The translations under genes and the position numbers were made by a program. The notes beneath the pieces are model-generated. The model was not told the origin of the DNA and searched no databases. It saw only the letters and a program-made list of their open reading frames with translations. From IMG/VR virus record IMGVR_UViG_3300036807_000011, positions 1 to 27,513 of that record: a DNA stretch of 27,513 nt; one strand, 5' to 3'. Position 1 is the first letter of the stretch. Each line of letters starts with the position of its first letter. Below, piece after piece: positions 22,419 through 27,513 of the stretch. Source of the DNA: a virus (taxonomy: Duplodnaviria > Caudoviricetes).

Positions 22419-24922
22419 TAGTAGATGTCGTATTGATTGTTAATGTTAGCTTCGATGGCGGGACGGTTAGCCGTCTGGTCGGAGGTATATACAATTATTT
22501 CGTTTATGGGCTGGGAGTAAAAAGAAGCAGCCCGAAAAGTAAAATTACAGCCAATTCTAAATTTTCTTGTGCCCGTGCTTGTTTGATTTGGGGATACCAT
22601 AGAACTTGAGGCAGCCGCAGTTCCACCGTCCCTCGAAATAGAAGCGTTGGGGAAAGTACTAACTAATGATACTAGAGCTTCGCTACTTGTCACACTTGTA
22701 AATATACCAGTCAAAGCGCTGTTACCTTTACTTTGAGTTAGGAGCCCTACAGTGTCACTATAACCATTTAGAGTTAACACCCAACCCCCATAACTTGTGC
22801 TATTTGAAACGGTTGCCCCACAAGAAAAGGCGGCTGTTTGACTAGCCGCAATATGTGGAGTTAATACAGTAAACAAAGAGAGTTGTGGTACGTTACAAAT
22901 GTCGGAGTTAGTTGTCTCAAGGAAAGTATCAGTCCCATCAAGGAAATCTATTCCTCCTGTTACCAAAGAACCAGCATCAACAATCTTAGGTTGGCTTCCA
23001 GCAGTCAACTGTGTAGCATCACTGCCGTTACCTGACTGGTCATACCAAGTCTCTACAAAGCCGTCCACTGTGTCGTCATACGCAGGGATACCAGTGATGC
23101 TGTAGGCTTCACCGATATTAGCTTCAATGGCTGTGCGGTTGTTTGTTTGGTCAGTGTCGTAAATGATAATTTCTTTTACTGTGCCTTCTAGGAAACTTAA
23201 ATCCCTTCTTGCTCCAATTTGATTAGCAACGGTTGAAACATTTGCCTCTCCTTGATTTGCGTCTGGAATTCCATCAACAATTAAAGAACTGTTAACAAAG
23301 GATGTTACATTTGGGTCATTTGTTGTTCCATCGTGCAGAGCCGTAAATAGTGTTAATCCAGATGTGCCACTACTATTATCAATGTCGATTGCATTAGTAG
23401 TATAATACCACCTTGTTTGAATATTTCTAAATCCTATACCTCTATTGTTGTCAGAATTTCCTAGCGTGAAGTCATTGGATGAATCTTGTCCGTCCTGAAG
23501 AGAGAAAACGCAACCCGCTTTATTTTGAAAGCTAATATCACTAGTTAAAGAAAAGAAATCATTACTACCATCGAACTCAAGACCACCGCTAGTATTTAAA
23601 GCTCCAGCACTAACAATTACAGGTTGGTTTGCAGGTGTAGCTTGAACTGCGTGGTGGTCGTTACCTGATTGGTCGTACCATTTGGATACGAAGCCAGTTT
23701 TAGGTAATACCTTAATTGAGTTAAATGTAATTGTTCCACCGCTTGAGGCTATGGCAGTCATAGCAAAATAACCAGCACTACCAGTTAAATTAAGCGTAAT
23801 GTCTTGGTTGTCTCCGTTGCTAATAGATGAACTACCAACGGTAGTATTAGTGTTAGTCGTCCGAACCCTCAGCGTTCCTGCACTATCTAAACCAGATACT
23901 GAGATATTAAGAATTACTTGGTCACCCGAAGAGCCTAAGAAGTGATGAGCGGGTTTCTCTCTAATTAAACTTGCCTCTCCCGTAAATGAAATGGTAGCTG
24001 TTGTGGCTGTAGAAGATTGAGAAGTAACACTACCAGTTCCTACGGCATTTGCAAAGTTAGGTTGTTCATTCCATCCTACCTGAGCGTCAGTAACAAAAGC
24101 CAACAAGGTTCCATCAGTAACCTGAGTCGCTGTGAATCCTTGCACTGTGTCATCGCTAGAACGTCTTACATCAACGACATTACCTGTGTAGTTCTTACTA
24201 AGGTTACGTAGTGAGTAAGCCGCCTTTGCGGGTATTACTGAGCCTGTGCGTCCGTCATCTGTGAGTGCCTGTATGTCCAGTGGTAGGACTGTCTGAGTAT
24301 TTACCCAGTTCTTGAGTGTACCATTAGATACCTCCTTGGCTAAGAAGTCACGCTCGTGGTTGTCACTAGCACGACGAACACGGACAACCTTGTTGTTACC
24401 CGCTTTGTCGTTAAGGTCACGTAGCGAATATGCTGCTGCTGCCCCACCAACTACTTTACTTAGTAGTGGACGAGACTCACCCTTGCGGTCTGAATCTATT
24501 ACTTGTGCTGTGCGGTCTACTGTGACTGTCTCTGTTAGCGGAAGCCCAGTAATAGTCCAATATACAGTCGAAATCTTCCAAGGTCTGTCCGAACCATTCG
24601 CACCGTCAAAACATCCCCACGTTTCAGAATCCGCAATCGCATAATCATAGCCATTTGTCTCGTTGAAATTACAGGGGAAAATTGTAACCCCGCCTCCCAC
24701 TTTAGTCCAAGTGGAATTTCCAGTAACAGGAGCCGTAGTATTATATACTCCATTAAACTCAGGTTTATTTGGAACGGTTACTTGGATTGAGGTAGTATCG
24801 TCAGTAAGAGGGGCTGCGCCCGCTGTCACCGACATAGTTCTAACACCAGCAAACTTATCAGTATTGATATGTATTGTATCGGTGGCTCCACCTTGAACTC
24901 GTGTTAGAACTCTATCTGCCAT
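22418..24922 (-). CDS. Large beta-rich putative virion adhesin with two ConA/LamG-like (GH54 arabinofuranosidase-B-like) modules, nested
   Basis: Duplicated motifs AAYSLR...VV.VRR.SD...GTL and GFV..WYDQSGN...A.Q.....QP...EII.Y..DQT.NR.AIEANI; T/S/G/N-rich. Confidence 0.7.
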   Translation of the reverse strand: MADRVLTRVQGGATDTIHINTDKFAGVRTMSVTAGAAPLTDDTTSIQVTVPNKPEFNGVYNTTAPVTGNSTWTKVGGGVTIFPCNFNETNGYDYAIADSETWGCFDGANGSDRPWKISTVYWTITGLPLTETVTVDRTAQVIDSDRKGESRPLLSKVVGGAAAAYSLRDLNDKAGNNKVVRVRRASDNHERDFLAKEVSNGTLKNWVNTQTVLPLDIQALTDDGRTGSVIPAKAAYSLRNLSKNYTGNVVDVRRSSDDTVQGFTATQVTDGTLLAFVTDAQVGWNEQPNFANAVGTGSVTSQSSTATTATISFTGEASLIREKPAHHFLGSSGDQVILNISVSGLDSAGTLRVRTTNTNTTVGSSSISNGDNQDITLNLTGSAGYFAMTAIASSGGTITFNSIKVLPKTGFVSKWYDQSGNDHHAVQATPANQPVIVSAGALNTSGGLEFDGSNDFFSLTSDISFQNKAGCVFSLQDGQDSSNDFTLGNSDNNRGIGFRNIQTRWYYTTNAIDIDNSSGTSGLTLFTALHDGTTNDPNVTSFVNSSLIVDGIPDANQGEANVSTVANQIGARRDLSFLEGTVKEIIIYDTDQTNNRTAIEANIGEAYSITGIPAYDDTVDGFVETWYDQSGNGSDATQLTAGSQPKIVDAGSLVTGGIDFLDGTDTFLETTNSDICNVPQLSLFTVLTPHIAASQTAAFSCGATVSNSTSYGGWVLTLNGYSDTVGLLTQSKGNSALTGIFTSVTSSEALVSLVSTFPNASISRDGGTAAASSSMVSPNQTSTGTRKFRIGCNFTFRAASFYSQPINEIIVYTSDQTANRPAIEANINNQYDIY

Positions 24923-24926
24923 ATTA

Positions 24927-25133
24927 TTAGTAGTTCAAGTTTGCGCCAGAACCAGATGAACCTGTGTTAACAGTTGCCCTACGAACCGTTAAGGCTGAAG
25001 TACCGCGCTTCTTACCTGAACTACTACGGTTCTTAAGAGATTTGTTCTCTACAACCTTAGCCGTCTTGGTAGGTGGGGGAGGAGGTGCTGGTGGTGGAAC
25101 TGGGTCTGGGATTTTGGGAGCTGATGTACACAT
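24927..25133 (-). CDS. Small virion protein, T7 gp6.7/7.3-like
   Basis: MC start, Pro-rich segment and KKRGTSAL motif, typical of the small protein normally just upstream of the portal in T7-like phages. Confidence 0.65.
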   Translation of the reverse strand: MCTSAPKIPDPVPPPAPPPPPTKTAKVVENKSLKNRSSSGKKRGTSALTVRRATVNTGSSGSGANLNY

Positions 25134-25140
25134 GGTTTTA

Positions 25141-25356
25141 TTATTCCTTTGGATTTAATATATTATCTTGTTGGTTAATTAGATGGTGTTTTAAGAACCT
25201 AATCACTGAACGCTGACCATAATGGTACATCATCTCATCCTTACTGTTTTCAGGAGAGAACTCCTTAACTGCAAAGATGGCATCTAGTTCTGTGACTAAG
25301 GTGCTAGAGATCGGTGGCAAAGTTTCACCACGACCTTTCATATAGTTGTCACTCAT
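25141..25356 (-). CDS. Hypothetical protein (gp6.5 position)
   Basis: 71 aa with ELDAIF...YHYGQRSVIRFL pattern seen at this position in T7-like phages; packed between neighbours. Confidence 0.65.
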   Translation of the reverse strand: MSDNYMKGRGETLPPISSTLVTELDAIFAVKEFSPENSKDEMMYHYGQRSVIRFLKHHLINQQDNILNPKE

Positions 25357-25594
25357 CCCCTAACTCCTCTAATACTTGTTGTTTGTCTTGGCACATAACG
25401 GTGAAACCGTTTCCAGCATTCACGCCAATGACATTAAAATTAACATACTCCTCCGCTTCCTCGCTAGTCATCTTGTCTCTAACTCGAAACACATTAACCA
25501 TTTGGTAGTAGTCGTAGACTATCAAACCGTTCTGGTCTAAGCCGACGATGGCTGTATCTAATCCATCAAATCTAACTGCTCCTTCTGCTATCAT
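25349..25594 (-). CDS. Hypothetical phage protein (81 aa)
   Basis: DGLDTAIVG...VYDY...MTSEEAEEYVNFNV pattern; ATGA overlap with the upstream gene. Confidence 0.7.
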   Translation of the reverse strand: MIAEGAVRFDGLDTAIVGLDQNGLIVYDYYQMVNVFRVRDKMTSEEAEEYVNFNVIGVNAGNGFTVMCQDKQQVLEELGDE

Positions 25595-25950
25595 AGGTCA
25601 TCAAGCTCCTTTGGAAGTTCGCCTCTCTCTATTGCATCCAGTGTTTCGACGAGGCACATAGCGTTCCAGATCACAGCACCGCCATGATCTTCTTTAGTGT
25701 CCTTCTCCATGAGCTGCCATAGATGACGATACAAAGCATCAATGTAGCGAGAGACTGGTATGCCCTTCTTCCAGTTGTCTCGTCCATACTTAGTAGCTCC
25801 GTCCTCGAACCGTTTGGCTACGGCTCTGAGTGCAGATACAGGCATGAGGCTAGGCATTCCTTTACCGCTCATCGCGTCACGCACTGCACCAGTTTTAAAC
25901 TCAGAGCGTTTGCCTGAGTCTGGTAATGTTGGGGGTTGTTCAGTTTTCAT
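25591..25950 (-). CDS. dATP/dGTP diphosphohydrolase N-terminal-domain protein (DUF5664/PF18909-like)
   Basis: FKTGAVRD..GKG..SLMP..AL...A..FE.GATKYG..NWKKG......DALYRH...EDH...VIWNA signature. Confidence 0.8.
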   Translation of the reverse strand: MKTEQPPTLPDSGKRSEFKTGAVRDAMSGKGMPSLMPVSALRAVAKRFEDGATKYGRDNWKKGIPVSRYIDALYRHLWQLMEKDTKEDHGGAVIWNAMCLVETLDAIERGELPKELDDL

Positions 25951-26650
25951 AGTCAGGTCTCCAGTTTAGTTTCTCTTCGTGTGTGTGTAATATGCGAGCA
26001 AGGATAGCGTTCGTAGTGCAATCATCCTCAGTCTGACCTGCCGACAGGAAGGCATCAAGAACAGAGTTCCATGTAGCTCCTTTATCTTTCAGCCATTTGG
26101 TTGTCTTCTTAGGTCCGAACCCTACAGCTCCCTTGAAGTTATCAGCAACGTCACCCACCATTGTCTGATACTTCAACCAGTAGGCTGCGTCCTCTTCTGT
26201 GATAACGTGCAATGAACCTTCCCTGAATAGATTGCAAGGAATGGTCAGGAAGTCTTTGTCTACTGACCAGATCACCGTGTTCTTATCTTCGACGGCACGT
26301 ATAGCCAGAAGGTCATCTGCTTCCAGTGTCTCCACAATCTCTGCATCATAATTATCCATCAGGTATTGCCTACAGAACTTGAGTCCAAGAGGTTTACGTT
26401 TACCTACACGATTAGCTTTGTAATCTGGATAGACATCCAACCTGAAGTTGTTCCTGCCTGACAGAGCTACATAAGTTTCACCGCAGTGTGTATCCCTTAA
26501 GGCTTGTTCAATGAGAGTCTCTATAGAATCTCCCATGTCTCTCTCGCTAGAGTGAAGAGTCCATGTGTCTTCATCCCACTTAATGGGGATTTCTGAAACA
26601 AAAGCAGCCTTGTAAGCTACTTCGTCTCCGTCAATTAATACTGTCTTCAT
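25940..26650 (-). CDS. 5'-3' exonuclease (T7 gp6-like)
   Basis: LIDGD, NFR..VYPDYKANR...KP, LEADD, SVDKD and GDVADNFKG..GFGPK motifs of the FEN/5' nuclease family. Confidence 0.93.
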   Translation of the reverse strand: MKTVLIDGDEVAYKAAFVSEIPIKWDEDTWTLHSSERDMGDSIETLIEQALRDTHCGETYVALSGRNNFRLDVYPDYKANRVGKRKPLGLKFCRQYLMDNYDAEIVETLEADDLLAIRAVEDKNTVIWSVDKDFLTIPCNLFREGSLHVITEEDAAYWLKYQTMVGDVADNFKGAVGFGPKKTTKWLKDKGATWNSVLDAFLSAGQTEDDCTTNAILARILHTHEEKLNWRPDYEN

Positions 26651-27152
26651 TTGGTTTCGGTAGTGTGTAGTGTGAACATGTTAGTAGGTCATCAACGTGT
26701 ACCTTAGTAAGTAAGTCCTTACGTCCGACACGTGAGTATAGGTTATACATACACTCAGCAGGACTGAGTACGTAGTCATCCATGTCCACTAGGTTATCAA
26801 TTAGTTCGCATAGGCTGAGGCGTTTAACAACTAGGTATTTATCCTCTCGCTCGAAAGCGATGTAGTCAGCCTCGTTGTAGACCCAACCCTTGCGTCCTTG
26901 TACGTTTTTTAATTCTAGCCATACTCGTTTGGCATCAGGAGAAGCATCCCCTCTACGGGTACGTCCTCTCGACTTAACGTCAACTCTACCACTCAGGTCT
27001 ACGTGATAGTCTATCCCTTTGAACTGCTCTGCTAAACTTGAAGGAGTTGCTGTTCCCCCAATCTTATCTATAAGAGTAGCAAAAAGATTCTCTGCCCGCT
27101 CTCCGTTCTGACTGCACCTGCCCGTGTGATCGTGTTGATTTCTGTATGTCAT
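26631..27152 (-). CDS. Putative PD-(D/E)XK-fold nuclease-like protein
   Basis: G..AE..F helix, then GID....VDVK spacing of the restriction-endonuclease fold; VWLELKN..G.KGW.Y..ADYIAF; lies between polymerase and exonuclease. Confidence 0.5.
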   Translation of the reverse strand: MTYRNQHDHTGRCSQNGERAENLFATLIDKIGGTATPSSLAEQFKGIDYHVDLSGRVDVKSRGRTRRGDASPDAKRVWLELKNVQGRKGWVYNEADYIAFEREDKYLVVKRLSLCELIDNLVDMDDYVLSPAECMYNLYSRVGRKDLLTKVHVDDLLTCSHYTLPKPNEDSIN

Positions 27153-27154
27153 AT

Positions 27155-27513
27155 TTAGTGGGTCTCAGCCCAGTTGTTTCCCACTTTGTATTCGCCATCT
27201 ACTCGGCAGCGAAACTTAAGATAATCACCCGCTTGCCTGATAGACATCTCAGCGATTCTGCCATACTCATCTTCTCGTCCTTCAATGACCTCCGATTGGA
27301 TTTCATCGTGGATGTTTCCGACGAACGCAAAGTCCTTGCCGTGTACCCAACCCGCATTAGTCAGGTTATAGTATAGGTAACAACTTGTTGTCTTCATGAG
27401 GATAGCACCACAGCTTTGTAGTAATAGGTTCAGTGCTGAGTGGCTGGAGCGTACGTGCAGTCTCCTACCATCAATAGCCTTCAGATACTTCTGCCCTTCA
27501 GCTACCTTCTTTA
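27155..27513 (-). CDS. DNA polymerase family A (T7 gp5-like), C-terminal fragment truncated by the window edge
   Basis: Frame stays open beyond the 80-aa track call: KAIDGRRLHVRSSHSALNLLLQSCGAILMK...NIHDEIQ (motif C)...GEYKVGNNWAETH. Confidence 0.95.
   Translation of the reverse strand, partial: KKVAEGQKYLKAIDGRRLHVRSSHSALNLLLQSCGAILMKTTSCYLYYNLTNAGWVHGKDFAFVGNIHDEIQSEVIEGREDEYGRIAEMSIRQAGDYLKFRCRVDGEYKVGNNWAETH

Noticed and set aside
17890-25140. Repeated phage RNA polymerase promoters (T7 phi-type 23-mers)
   Set aside because: No repeated conserved motif was found by eye in the intergenic gaps; a motif search on the whole genome is needed.
27155-27397. 80-aa standalone ORF in the track
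   Set aside because: It is the C-terminus of the DNA polymerase, whose frame continues past the window edge.

Overview
This window is the late half and probable right end of a T7-like podovirus (Autographiviridae-like gene order, resembling uncultured marine phages). Nearly all genes lie on the minus strand. In transcription order (right to left) they are: C-terminal part of a family A DNA polymerase, PD-(D/E)XK-like nuclease, 5'-3' exonuclease, DUF5664/PF18909-like nucleotide diphosphohydrolase, small proteins including a gp6.7-like virion protein, an 834-aa ConA/LamG-like adhesin with a small partner, portal, scaffold, two membrane proteins, major capsid, terminator, a small basic peptide, tail tubular proteins A and B, gp13/14/15/16-like internal virion proteins, tail fibre, a second fibre-like protein, holin, small and large terminase, an acidic ORF and a hairpin-rich non-coding end. 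Most notable: (1) an ejected gp16-like protein carrying a ~800-aa polyvalent-protein-like cargo with an HExxH zincin motif; (2) a nested domain-in-domain-in-domain adhesin placed just before the portal; (3) a perfect TTGACA-N16-TATAAT promoter pointing antisense to the terminase; (4) a dense array of short inverted repeats at the window start; (5) apparent absence of GGCC and CCGG. Three small ORFs missing from the ORF track were read by hand. All family calls come from motif recognition and gene order, not database searches.
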